This document shows, one piece after another, positions 50,201-59,295 of a stretch of DNA of 64,000 nucleotides. The notes below the pieces were generated by a model. The model saw only the letters and a program-made list of their open reading frames with translations, was not told the DNA's origin and did no database searches. The translations under genes were made by a program, and so were the position numbers. The DNA is from an uncultured bacterium (lineage in GTDB: Bacteria > Patescibacteriota > Minisyncoccia > Phycocordibacterales > GWA1-40-21), in the NCBI GenBank assembly GCA_903831595.1, contig CAIKXY010000004.1:7152-71151 (forward strand). The letters are read 5' to 3'. Each line of letters starts with the position of its first letter. Positions within the stretch are counted from its first letter, which is position 1.

Positions 50201-53200
50201 GCAAATGATGTACCAGATGTTGCATAATTTGTATCTGGAGTACATGGAGTAGTTGAAGCTAAATATGTACAATAATAAACTTGATTACAACCGGATGTAC
50301 TATCAGTACAACTCAAAGTGACAACAATTGGACTTGTATGCCAATTGTTATCAGCATTAGATGATACTGATGATGGTGCTACTGTATCCCATGTCAAACT
50401 AAATGTAGATGAAGCTAAATTACCTGCATTGTCTGTTGCAAGAAGTTTAATTACATATGTACCATCTGTATTAGCAGAAATTGTTGTGTTTGCTGATGTT
50501 GATGAACCAAAAGTAATTGTCCCTGGTCCAGAAACTTTTGACCATAGATACGATGCTATTCCTGAAGTGAGGTCACTAGAGCTAGCACTTGTTGTAAATG
50601 TAGAGCTTGAAGTCATGTTTGAACCAGCACTTACAACTGGAGATGTCGTGTCCCAAATTAGGTTGAATGTTGATGAAGAAGAGTTACCTACATTATCAGT
50701 CACAAGAAGTTTAATTACATATGTACCATCTGTGTTTGCAGAAATTGTTGTGTTTGCTGATGTTGATGAACCAAAAGTAATTGTCCCTGGTCCAGAAACT
50801 TTTGACCATAGATACGATGCTATTCCTGAAGTTACATCACTTGCAGTGGCCGTTGTTGTAAATGTAGAATTTGCAGTTTTGTTTGCACCGGCATTTACTG
50901 TTGGTGGTACAGTATCAACAGTAAATGTACTAGTGGCTGCATTTGCATTAGATGTTGTATTACTATAAGCATCAGTTGCTCTTACATATATCGTATGACT
51001 TCCATCCGCAAGCGTAGAAGCAGTGCAACTAAATCCTTCCGTAGAAGAATTAAAAGCTCCATCAGCTGCAGTACAGTTTATCCAGCTGCCACTCGTTCCA
51101 TCGATTTGATATTGAACATTCGAAACTATTCCTGGATTTGAAAGTGTCCCTGCATCAGTAGATGTTCCGTAAATAGTTGGCGTAGTATTACTCGTGAAAG
51201 CAGCGACACTACCTAAATTAATTGTTGGTGGAGTAATATCAAAAGTCCAGTTTGTATTTCCGCCACCATCAACACAACCAGTGGTACAAAGAAATGCGGT
51301 AGAACTTAAATTTGTTGAGCTTGCGACGTTTAGATATGATAGATTGGTTGTACCAGCTCCGGTTTGGACAAGATTAAAAGTATTTGCAAGAAAATATGAA
51401 CTAGTTGGTGGCGTAAAGTTTGAAGTCCAACGAGCAACACCTTTTGATATTCTAAATTCATCTAAATGTCCATCTAAATAATAAGGACTTCCTGTATAAT
51501 AACCTTCCCACCCAATACGAAGTGGAGTAGATGGTGTATATATAGTGGCTGTGAAAGTGGTACCTCCAACATTTTGTAACACCCCATTAACAAAGAAATA
51601 TATCTTTCCACCTGTTCTTGAAATAGCAATATGGTACCAAGTATTGGTAGAAAAAGCATAAGATACACCTAGTGTGGTAGCAGAGCTTCCTGTTGTAGTG
51701 TACGCAAATTGAAGATGTGTTCCATCTTGCATATTTACATTAAAAGAAAAATCATTAGCACTCACCTCTTGCCCATAAAATGTTACAAAATGGTAAGAAC
51801 CGCCAGTAGAATTTAATCTAACTCTAAAATCTATAGTAAAATCACCCGACCCTAAATTAAAATCGGAACTTGCTGGAGTACTTATATATTTATTTACTGG
51901 AAAATTTCCCGACGCTCCTCCGAATACACTTGTAGAAGTATCAATAGTGCTACTATAAGATGTAAAAGTGTGAAGACCAGATGAACTATCTGTAAAGGTA
52001 GAGGAATTGTTTGCTCCATCCATATGCAACATTAATTTTGTATAACTATCTATTCCACCTGGAATTGGACTAATACTTAAAAGATTATTGAGAGCACCAT
52101 TTAGTGTAAGGTTATTTGTTATTGTAGTTGTATTTAAAGAATCAAGAAGTAAAGATGTTGCTGCTGATGTTGTTTTGGTCAAATTATTAAAAGAATTTGC
52201 ACCAATAATTGATTGTGCTGTTCCATTCAAATTTACACTTCCACTATTACTTGAAAAGGTACCTCCGGAATTTGTCCAGTTGCCACCAACATTAAGCGTA
52301 CCAGATGGAGCTGTAAATGTTCCAGCAGAAAGTGTTAAATTTCCTGGGATTGTTAAATTACTAGTTCCTACAGTGAATGTCCCTCCGGAACCATTAATAG
52401 TCAAATTATTATAAGACCAGTCTTTGATTGCTCTTGTACTTGTAGTCGCCGTATAAGTCACAGTTGAACTAGTAAGGGTTGGCGTGGCAAGTGCACTACC
52501 ACCAACAGCAGTTTCATCCCCAGTAAGTTTAAGATTTGCACTAACATTAAATACGGTCGGAGAAAATTGATACCCAGCTAAATTCAAAGTTCCACTTCCA
52601 GATACTGTAGTAGTTGCAGAATATTGATTTCCTACAAGTGTAACAGTGTTTGAATCAATAGTTGCAATATCATATGGACCAGGATACGCGACGCCTTCTA
52701 TTGTTCCTGATGTTCCCCATGTGGTACTCGCCTGCCAATTACCATTTGCGACGTCATTAAATGTTGTTGGTGCAACAGAACCTCCGTCATTAATGGTCCA
52801 TCCTTTTGCAACAATTGCTGCACGAGCAGTTGCTGGTGTGCCAGTATAATATTGCGATGAACCACCAGTAAAGGTTACGGGGCTTTTTAATGTTTGTGTA
52901 GACCAACCTTGTAAAATTTTACTATAATTTATCGTTGATAATGTATCCCCAGTAAACATGTTTGACATATTTGTAGAACTTGAAACAACCCAATTACCCA
53001 AATTTTGGTTAAAAGCAGAGTCAAATCCAAACATATAATTCATGGTAGTAACTTTGGCTGTATTCCATCCAGAAATATTTTGATTAAATGCACTGTAGTA
53101 AAACATCTGTGACATGTCAGTAACATTCGAAGTATTCCAATTACCTATTGAAGAACTAGCGGCATTGTTAAAAACACCACCAGCACCAGAAAACATGCCA

Positions 53201-55992
53201 CCCATATTTGTAACATTTGAAACATCCCATGAACCCACATTTTGATTAAATTTGGCATCACCGTTAAACATAGAGTACATGTCAGTAACTTTTGAAGTGT
53301 TCCATTTTGAAACATCATAATTAAATTTAGTACTCATAAACATGTAACGCATACTCGTAACATTACCTGTGTTCCAATTTGAAAGATCTTGATTAAAATT
53401 GCTATCATTTCCAAACATACTGGCCATGCTTGTAGAACTTGCTGTATTCCATCCAGAAATATCCTGATTGAATTTTGACTGGTAAAACATCTGTGACATG
53501 TCAGTAACTTTTGATGTATTCCAATTACCTATTGGTTGATTAAATACAACAGTTTGACCGTTGTTATAAAAAACACCTTGCATATTGGTGACATTGCCTG
53601 TATTCCAAGTGTTAATGTTTTGATTAAAGCTATTAGCTGAATCAAACATGTAGGCTATATTTGTAACATTACTTGTATTCCAACTACCGATTGGTTGGTT
53701 AAATAATTTTGTATATTCAAACATATAACTCATATCTGTGGTACTTGCGGTTACCCAATTATTTATTGTTGATGAGCTAGCGTTATTAAATGCAAGAGCA
53801 CTATCAAACATATGTGCCATATTTATCACTTTACTTGTATTCCATGCGCCTAGGTTTGCATCAAACAAATTAGTGTTTTGAAACATATAACTCATATTTG
53901 TAACATTTCCAGTATTCCATCCGCTTATGTCTTGATTGAATGACCCAGCACTATCAAACATATGTGCCATATTTGTTACATTAGACATATCCCAGCTGTT
54001 GATTGACGGTATTGATGTAATTGAACCAGCCCCATCAAAAGCATAGGACATGTTTGTTGTCCCCGTCATGTCTAATGTGTCAGTAGCTGTAATTGTTAAA
54101 TTTGGAGCACCGTAAAAGTATGCCCCACTATTACCAAGTTTTAATATCCCCCATTGACTGATATTTTTTATTTTTCGGTAATCACCAGTATAATTGAAAC
54201 AAATACTTGTTGGTGTTCCTGTAATACTAATAGTGACTGAAGTTGTGCCTGTATTTCCACCAGTGTATGTGTGCGTAGCAGTACTACTTGTACTATTGTC
54301 TCCCCAATCTACAACATATGTTCCAGTTATAGGTAAAACAATAACGCTTGAAGCACTCCCCGCTTTTGTAGTATCCCACGTAGAAATAAAAGGATTGGAT
54401 GGATCCACAACATAATCCACATCTATATTCCCAATAACCTTGAGGTCAAACATGTCTGTGGGAGTTTGTAGGTTTTGTAGAAGTATTCTGTATTTACCAT
54501 TATGATTAATATTATCAAAATTTGGATTTACATTATCATCAACTAAAGCAAGTTGTGGTCCTTCTGTTTGATCACCATTTGCATCTGTGTAAACTGGGTA
54601 AACTTCTATACTTGCTGATGTAGTTGTACCAGATGGTCTTGCATAAATAGTAATGTCATTTTTGTTGGATAAAATAGAATTGAAAGTTGTACGTATATAT
54701 TGTCCATCATTGATGGTAGCGTAGTTTCCATCTTTAGTTGCTACTGTGTCATAGATATCTGCAAGAATACTTTGGTCTGTATCAAGCTGGAAAGCTTTTG
54801 ATATGAAAATAATTTCAAATGTTTGTGTTGAAAGGTGTGGAACTGTCCATTCTACATAGTCGAGCCATCCATCTTTGTTTAGGTCATATGCCTTAAAAAC
54901 AACATTTTGGTCGCCGTTGTTCACCCATTTTATTTTTATCTTATCTTCTTGGCCTACTTTATATATTTTGGGAATGTTTGTAAATGCTAGAACATCTGTT
55001 ATTTGTGTTTCTGGGGTATCTGTAGCAGAGATTGTAACAATCTTTCCTGTATCTGTATTTGCTTCTGTAATAGTTGGTGCTGGAGTCTCAAATGTGACGT
55101 CTACTGTTGTTGATGCAGTAGATGTTCCTGTAGAAGTAGCAGTTGATTGATCAGAGCTTGTGGATGTTGTTGATGAAGATTGTGAATTGTCAGTTGAGGT
55201 GGATGTAGTTGTAGTTGATTGATCTATGGTTGTTGATGCAGAGGTGGTTGATTGATCTTCGGTCGTTGACGCAGTTGTAGTTGATTCATCTTCTGTTGTT
55301 GAAGCGGTAGATGAAGATTGTGAATTGTCAGTTGAGGTGGATTGTACTGATGCAGAATTATCTGGAGTTAGAGTAGAAGAATTATCTGTAGGTGTTGGTG
55401 TTGGTGTTTGATCTGGTGTTGGTGAAACTACTGGTGCAACATCGACAACAGTTGTCTCTGGTTCTGGTGCTGGAGCTACAGCATCTTCAACTGTGGCAAA
55501 CATATTTGATATTGTGTTTGCAATATTATGGAATATTTTTCCCAAAAAACTTAATTTTTTATTTGCTGCAGCATTTTGTTGTTTTATTTTTTCTGCAAAT
55601 TCAAGTGTAGAAGTAGAGTGTATTCTTTTTGCAGCTAATGCTGAAAGTTTCTTTCTGTCTGCATTTGTGAGTTTGGAAATTTTTATTTTAGAAATATTTT
55701 TTAGGGTTGAAGTAGAGACTGTGACTTTTGTTGCAACTTTTGGTATCTCTACTAGGTGTGAGTCTTTATTAATTTGATTTACTGCAATTTTCTTTATCCA
55801 TTTGATTGGCTGGCCTGGGGCTGATGGAATTTGAGTGATAGAAAAGCCTTTCACTATACTGCTAGTAACTTGTGAATTGTTTTGTAAGCCAGAAATTTTA
55901 TAGACACCAAAGACAACAAGAAAAATAGCAATAAAAAAACCAAGAATAGTGCCTGATTTCTTGATTATTTTTAATAAACTGTCTTTAGTCAT
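47272..55992 (-). CDS. giant cell-surface protein (2,906 aa): N-terminal TM/signal, S/T-rich linker, DUF285/BspA-type repeats, beta-helix-like region, LamG/concanavalin-like domain, repeated Ig/CHB_HEX-C-like domains, C-terminal CarboxypepD_reg-like domain and TM anchor
   Basis: Continuous ORF. An FISTW...VDWGDNS...QWG leader is followed by about 14 repeats of the type WNTSNVTNMSYMF (aa 540-1075). LamG-like region KLMLHMDGANNSS...LDEFRISKGVARW. Duplicated Ig-like units. C-terminal hydrophobic helix followed by RRGKGDKRK. Confidence 0.8.
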   Translation of the reverse strand: MTKDSLLKIIKKSGTILGFFIAIFLVVFGVYKISGLQNNSQVTSSIVKGFSITQIPSAPGQPIKWIKKIAVNQINKDSHLVEIPKVATKVTVSTSTLKNISKIKISKLTNADRKKLSALAAKRIHSTSTLEFAEKIKQQNAAANKKLSFLGKIFHNIANTISNMFATVEDAVAPAPEPETTVVDVAPVVSPTPDQTPTPTPTDNSSTLTPDNSASVQSTSTDNSQSSSTASTTEDESTTTASTTEDQSTTSASTTIDQSTTTTSTSTDNSQSSSTTSTSSDQSTATSTGTSTASTTVDVTFETPAPTITEANTDTGKIVTISATDTPETQITDVLAFTNIPKIYKVGQEDKIKIKWVNNGDQNVVFKAYDLNKDGWLDYVEWTVPHLSTQTFEIIFISKAFQLDTDQSILADIYDTVATKDGNYATINDGQYIRTTFNSILSNKNDITIYARPSGTTTSASIEVYPVYTDANGDQTEGPQLALVDDNVNPNFDNINHNGKYRILLQNLQTPTDMFDLKVIGNIDVDYVVDPSNPFISTWDTTKAGSASSVIVLPITGTYVVDWGDNSTSSTATHTYTGGNTGTTSVTISITGTPTSICFNYTGDYRKIKNISQWGILKLGNSGAYFYGAPNLTITATDTLDMTGTTNMSYAFDGAGSITSIPSINSWDMSNVTNMAHMFDSAGSFNQDISGWNTGNVTNMSYMFQNTNLFDANLGAWNTSKVINMAHMFDSALAFNNASSSTINNWVTASTTDMSYMFEYTKLFNQPIGSWNTSNVTNIAYMFDSANSFNQNINTWNTGNVTNMQGVFYNNGQTVVFNQPIGNWNTSKVTDMSQMFYQSKFNQDISGWNTASSTSMASMFGNDSNFNQDLSNWNTGNVTSMRYMFMSTKFNYDVSKWNTSKVTDMYSMFNGDAKFNQNVGSWDVSNVTNMGGMFSGAGGVFNNAASSSIGNWNTSNVTDMSQMFYYSAFNQNISGWNTAKVTTMNYMFGFDSAFNQNLGNWVVSSSTNMSNMFTGDTLSTINYSKILQGWSTQTLKSPVTFTGGSSQYYTGTPATARAAIVAKGWTINDGGSVAPTTFNDVANGNWQASTTWGTSGTIEGVAYPGPYDIATIDSNTVTLVGNQYSATTTVSGSGTLNLAGYQFSPTVFNVSANLKLTGDETAVGGSALATPTLTSSTVTYTATTSTRAIKDWSYNNLTINGSGGTFTVGTSNLTIPGNLTLSAGTFTAPSGTLNVGGNWTNSGGTFSSNSGSVNLNGTAQSIIGANSFNNLTKTTSAATSLLLDSLNTTTITNNLTLNGALNNLLSISPIPGGIDSYTKLMLHMDGANNSSTFTDSSSGLHTFTSYSSTIDTSTSVFGGASGNFPVNKYISTPASSDFNLGSGDFTIDFRVRLNSTGGSYHFVTFYGQEVSANDFSFNVNMQDGTHLQFAYTTTGSSATTLGVSYAFSTNTWYHIAISRTGGKIYFFVNGVLQNVGGTTFTATIYTPSTPLRIGWEGYYTGSPYYLDGHLDEFRISKGVARWTSNFTPPTSSYFLANTFNLVQTGAGTTNLSYLNVASSTNLSSTAFLCTTGCVDGGGNTNWTFDITPPTINLGSVAAFTSNTTPTIYGTSTDAGTLSNPGIVSNVQYQIDGTSGSWINCTAADGAFNSSTEGFSCTASTLADGSHTIYVRATDAYSNTTSNANAATSTFTVDTVPPTVNAGANKTANSTFTTTATASDVTSGIASYLWSKVSGPGTITFGSSTSANTTISANTDGTYVIKLLVTDNVGNSSSSTFNLIWDTTSPVVSAGSNMTSSSTFTTSASSSDLTSGIASYLWSKVSGPGTITFGSSTSANTTISANTDGTYVIKLLATDNAGNLASSTFSLTWDTVAPSSVSSNADNNWHTSPIVVTLSCTDSTSGCNQVYYCTYLASTTPCTPDTNYATSGTSFAFTYSTEGDSVLRYKANDFAGNTTSIYTDSNDLKFDNQLPTVTVATSTFANASTVTFTCDDGVVGSGCYRIYYTTDNTNPSLASQYVEASSSWQFTITSEGDYVLKYFPVDIAGNSGQIITGHRHVDKTAPNTSDNFTNNNIWVNGNQTITLTPNDPAPSSGILWTRYCVDTNNTCSPADGTDYSAPVVIPFEGISYFRYASEDNANNIQTTVSRIVKIDTVAPMTTDTAVTSQTQPYTYSAWTNSNITITLNPADTTSGIATTSYCIDNANTCTPSISYVASVVVSNGGTNYFRYSSIDNAGNIQTIVSRIINIDKTLATISNISPVDNSNIYTGNLVTFTLSKVGDCRLVVSDTAQSYDQMSSGVSCSVNNGIQMSCILPTLGTPGPKNVYIACQDYLGNKDTSSSATHMTYAVPSGRKNYTTASSSLSSISGGGSSSPRYSVSINGGAWTTDDRKVTLQFSTDQLGSATAIIFSNNPDFTNTVTIPYSANNITTTTYDLCQNSTTCPDGKYYVYAKFLDAQGISSPAVSQSITLSTVSIINSISNTTQSIVGNIASTTADILTVILPPKKIEPLALTEVKTTLPSVAPFAILNSWKIITPSSLTDLINTKLPSDYTDIVSKFPEVSSALSKIGVNNMNSILKLNANPISLPGITEAATLSSNTLPIASLSDTQKAKIPTGIVFARTQDEKIDLNVKLSIGNDGLALQTLNTIQGQTMKLIVKPTAPAKNIQGYIIFKSNAVSKKSTLSQVATVASTIIGESQGTQTNDSGITSETDLVLTKFNYKENVDGIWTADVASPLAIGQYELRTVVNFKAASKAPEKISMVVLVDPEGYVYEKQSDGKETRLNNVEVSIYWQNPKTKNYELWPAKDYRQTNPQTTDVTGRYSFLVPAGIYYMTAHLDGYVDYKGDPFQVDESKGVFMNLELKAIFSVAKILNLQNILLLGIFVALVYIGTIFTIRRGKGDKRKNLLYN
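50420..50947. repeat. tandem duplication (two ~264-bp units, about 85-90 percent identical with a near-identical ~140-bp core) inside the giant surface gene
   Basis: DNA units begin TTACCTGCATTGTCTGTTGCAAGAAG and TTACCTACATTATCAGTCACAAGAAG. They encode the duplicated Ig-like segment SYLWSKVSGPGTITFGSSTSANTTISANTDGTYVIKLL. Confidence 0.8.
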
Positions 55993-56118
55993 TTATTTTT
56001 TGTGAAAAACTAGATTAAAAATACCTGTGTCATATTTAGGCTTTAATTTTATCATTATAATAAGGAAAATCCAAGGGTTTTTATCAACAAAACCCCGCTT
56101 GAAAGCCAGACTTCCAAG

Positions 56119-57048
56119 TTACTCAGAAAATTTTTGTAGAGTTATCTGCTCCAACTTGACGATATCACTGAATCTACCTTCCGTAGTTGAACCCAAAACA
56201 ACTATAATAACTGGGTGCATAAAACCAGCATCAAAAATTACTGCAAGATTGCCTCCAGCAAGGTTTGTAAAACCAGTTTTTGAAGCAATCAAACCAGATA
56301 TTTTACTCAACGCCTCGTTGGTATTTACGGCACTATGCTTAATATTACTTTCTGAAATAAATGTTTCCTCTTTTTTATTTGTGCTTGAAATTAAAGTAGG
56401 ATCTTTTTTAAGAATAGACTGGAAAAGCGTGGAAACATCATAAGCTGAGCTATACGCACCACTCATATTTGTATCAATATCTAGTCCGGTTTCGTTTATG
56501 AAAATTGTATCATTCATTCCCAAGTTTGCTGCTTTTTCGTTCATTATTTTTACAGTATCTTTATTGTTTACTGCCTCATAATAATTTAGAACCGAAGCTA
56601 CGGCGTGCATTCCATCATTTGACGAAGTAATTAATGAAAAATCTAACAAATCTTTCAATTTCCATTTTTCCCCAACAACAAGTCCTGTGTCACCTTCCAT
56701 TGCTACGTCATCTCTTGTTATTGTAACAATTGTTGTCTCCGGCATAATATCAAAAACGACAAGTCCAGACATGAGTTTTGTAATTGAAGCTAGTGGTAAT
56801 TTAACATGCTCATCCTTAGCAAAAATTGGCTTTTGAGCAACAATGTCATAAACATAATATGATTTTGCTTCAATACTATTTAAAACTGAATCATAATCAA
56901 ACTTTTTTTGTTCAATTGTTTGACCTGATATTATTTTGGTATTTTCACTTTCTTTTTTTGAAGAAAAAACAATACACAAAATAATTACAGCAACTATTGC
57001 TGAAATTATCAGTAATTTATTTTCTTTTATAAAATTTTTGAAATACAT
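56119..57048 (-). CDS. dacA: D-alanyl-D-alanine carboxypeptidase (S11, low-molecular-weight PBP)
   Basis: SxxK (SITK), SxN (SSN) and KTG (ASKTG) motifs. N-terminal TM helix. Confidence 0.8.
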   Translation of the reverse strand: MYFKNFIKENKLLIISAIVAVIILCIVFSSKKESENTKIISGQTIEQKKFDYDSVLNSIEAKSYYVYDIVAQKPIFAKDEHVKLPLASITKLMSGLVVFDIMPETTIVTITRDDVAMEGDTGLVVGEKWKLKDLLDFSLITSSNDGMHAVASVLNYYEAVNNKDTVKIMNEKAANLGMNDTIFINETGLDIDTNMSGAYSSAYDVSTLFQSILKKDPTLISSTNKKEETFISESNIKHSAVNTNEALSKISGLIASKTGFTNLAGGNLAVIFDAGFMHPVIIVVLGSTTEGRFSDIVKLEQITLQKFSE

Positions 57049-57671
57049 TATTCTTTTATAGTATCAGTCGGAGTTTCCATCTGACTTTCTAAATCTGCGT
57101 TTGTCTCATCTTGATTTTCTTTTTGTTCTTCAGCTTGTTGTGAATTTTTATAACTTTCAATCTCATTTCTTGCTTCAGTATAATTTGGCATATCTTCTAT
57201 TTTTGTAATACCCATAAAACTCAACATTTCAAATGTAGGTTTGTATAGGAAAACTCTTTGGTCTTTTGGATTTGGAACTTTTTCAATAAGACCGCGAATC
57301 ATCAAATTCCTAATAATAAAACTTGATTGAACTCCACGAATATAATCAATTTCTGAGCGTGATATTGGTCCTTGATAAATAATAATTGAAAGAGTCTCAA
57401 GCCCAGCCCTGCCCAAATCTCGAACAAGCTCTTCTTTTGTAAGTTTTTCAATGAGTTCTGATGTATCTTTTGATGTTCCGAGTGTGACTTCATCATCTTT
57501 AAAAATTAAAACGATCCCTCTATTTGAAAGTGTTGTTTCAAGATTTTTTAATGAAGCTAGAATTTCTTCTTCTTTTTTTTCAAAAATTTGCCCAAGTTTT
57601 TTTATTGAAACTGGCTCACCTTTCCAAAAAAGAACTGATTCTATTTGTTTTTCTAAATTATTTTCTTGCAT
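57048..57671 (-). CDS. scpB: segregation and condensation protein B
   Basis: Tandem winged-helix domains: IESVLFWKGEPVSIKKL and GLETLSIIIYQGPISRSEIDYIRGV. Confidence 0.85.
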   Translation of the reverse strand: MQENNLEKQIESVLFWKGEPVSIKKLGQIFEKKEEEILASLKNLETTLSNRGIVLIFKDDEVTLGTSKDTSELIEKLTKEELVRDLGRAGLETLSIIIYQGPISRSEIDYIRGVQSSFIIRNLMIRGLIEKVPNPKDQRVFLYKPTFEMLSFMGITKIEDMPNYTEARNEIESYKNSQQAEEQKENQDETNADLESQMETPTDTIKE

Positions 57672-57683
57672 AATATTTTTTAA

Positions 57684-58166
57684 TTATAAAATATTTCTTT
57701 CCATCCTCTTACTAACTTCTTTGAAACCAAAACTTGTCCAAACACTTACGCCTAATTTATTCTTTGTATCTACCAGGAGTTCAATTTTTTTAATTCTCTT
57801 TTTCTTAAGAATATCTACTATGTAATTAAAAATCATTTTCCCTAATCCCAATCCTCTATATTTCTTTTGAAGATACATCGTGTCCAAAAAAGCAATCTTA
57901 TCTAAAATAAATATTGACGTTGATTTGTGAATTTTAAAAGAAAAAAATCCAATTGATTTTTCATTTTTCTCAACAACATAATAATATGTATTTGATTTTT
58001 TAATGTCTCTAGATATAAACTTTTTATATATTGGTGCAAGTGCTCCACCTTTTTTATATCGCTTATCAAAATTACGATGGTAATCTAAAATTTCCTGATC
58101 ACTTTCAACAAGAAATGGTATATCTTTTTTTGTCGCTCTATAAATATTAATTTTATCTTTCTGCAT
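57684..58166 (-). CDS. GNAT family N-acetyltransferase
   Basis: Motif A (QKKYRGLGLGKMIF). Start trimmed to an internal ATG (MQKDKINIYRA...) to avoid overlap with scpA. Positions in this stretch may be off by 1 nt. Confidence 0.6.
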   Translation of the reverse strand: MQKDKINIYRATKKDIPFLVESDQEILDYHRNFDKRYKKGGALAPIYKKFISRDIKKSNTYYYVVEKNEKSIGFFSFKIHKSTSIFILDKIAFLDTMYLQKKYRGLGLGKMIFNYIVDILKKKRIKKIELLVDTKNKLGVSVWTSFGFKEVSKRMERNIL

Positions 58167-58176
58167 TTTTTTATAA

Positions 58177-58905
58177 TTAATACGACGGCACACCAACGTG
58201 CTTTGTTTCCATATGTATATCTTCAAATTTATCTCTCTGATTGACTTCTATTATACCTTGTTTTACAAGCTCTAGCATGGCTAAAAAACTAACAATTACA
58301 TTGATTTTTTCTGCTTTTCCCATACCTGAAAAATCTTTAAAACTCATTTTTAATGACGACTTGACTCTTTCTGTAAGACTAACAATCATTTCTTCCAAAC
58401 TCACCACCTTTGTTACTTTTAATTTTGGTTTTACTTCAAATTTTGGCAAATTTTTAATAACATCAAAAATTGCGCTTGAGATATTTTCTTTAGTCATTTT
58501 ATTGTCTGGAGAAAACACTGGCTCCATTTTTCTAGCGTTTGGAAAGAAAATTATTTGTTTACCAAAATTCTTTTTTATGAAAACACTAAGCTCTTTTATT
58601 TTTTTGTAAATTTTTAATTTCAACTCCAAATCTCGCATATCAGTTTGCTCTTCTTCAGAAAGATTTAGACTTGGAATCAAAGATCTTGATTTAATAAGTA
58701 AAAGTGTAGATGCAACAACTAAAAATTCTGAGGTATCTTTTATCGAATATGCTTCCCTATTTTGTAAATGAGCAATAAAATCATCTGTTACCTTTGCCAA
58801 AGAAACATCATTGATAAGCAGTTTTCTTTTTTCTATAAGAGAAAGCAGCAAGTCTAGTGGACCCTCAAAAACTTCTGTCTTAATTTTAAATTGATTATCG
58901 TTCAT
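58177..58905 (-). CDS. scpA: segregation and condensation protein A (kleisin)
   Basis: N-terminus FEGPLDLLLSLIEKRKLLINDVSLAKVTDDF and a C-terminal winged helix. Confidence 0.85.
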   Translation of the reverse strand: MNDNQFKIKTEVFEGPLDLLLSLIEKRKLLINDVSLAKVTDDFIAHLQNREAYSIKDTSEFLVVASTLLLIKSRSLIPSLNLSEEEQTDMRDLELKLKIYKKIKELSVFIKKNFGKQIIFFPNARKMEPVFSPDNKMTKENISSAIFDVIKNLPKFEVKPKLKVTKVVSLEEMIVSLTERVKSSLKMSFKDFSGMGKAEKINVIVSFLAMLELVKQGIIEVNQRDKFEDIHMETKHVGVPSY

Positions 58906-59294
58906 TATTTTTTAAGTATTTTATCAGCAATTTTCTTTAATTCTTCAATTTCCACAGATTTTTTATTTTTTGAGTCCATCTCATTCATTTTATTGATTGG
59001 TATTAAATGAATATGGATATGCGAGACCCCAAAACCTTCGACAACCATACCAATACGTTTTGATTGTAATTTTAATTTTAATATTTTTGCGAGGTTTTTT
59101 GCTTTTAATAATAACTCGCAGTATTTATTGTCTTCTATATCAAAAATATACTCATCATGTTGTTTTGGTATTAGTAATGTGTGTCCAGTGTTTATTGGGT
59201 TTACATCTAAAAATGCAAGATAATTCTCGTCTTCCCAAATCTTCACGCAAGGAATTTCTCCCTTAATTATTTTACAAAAAATACAATCTTCCAT
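58905..59294 (-). CDS. HIT (histidine triad) family protein
   Basis: HIHIHL histidine triad, plus NTGHTLLIP. Confidence 0.85.
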   Translation of the reverse strand: MEDCIFCKIIKGEIPCVKIWEDENYLAFLDVNPINTGHTLLIPKQHDEYIFDIEDNKYCELLLKAKNLAKILKLKLQSKRIGMVVEGFGVSHIHIHLIPINKMNEMDSKNKKSVEIEELKKIADKILKK

Positions 59295-59295
59295 A

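Noticed and set aside
50318-50968. 216-aa plus-strand ORF with an internal repeat
   Set aside because: It is antisense to the giant surface-protein gene. The apparent repeat merely mirrors the 264-bp tandem duplication on the coding strand.
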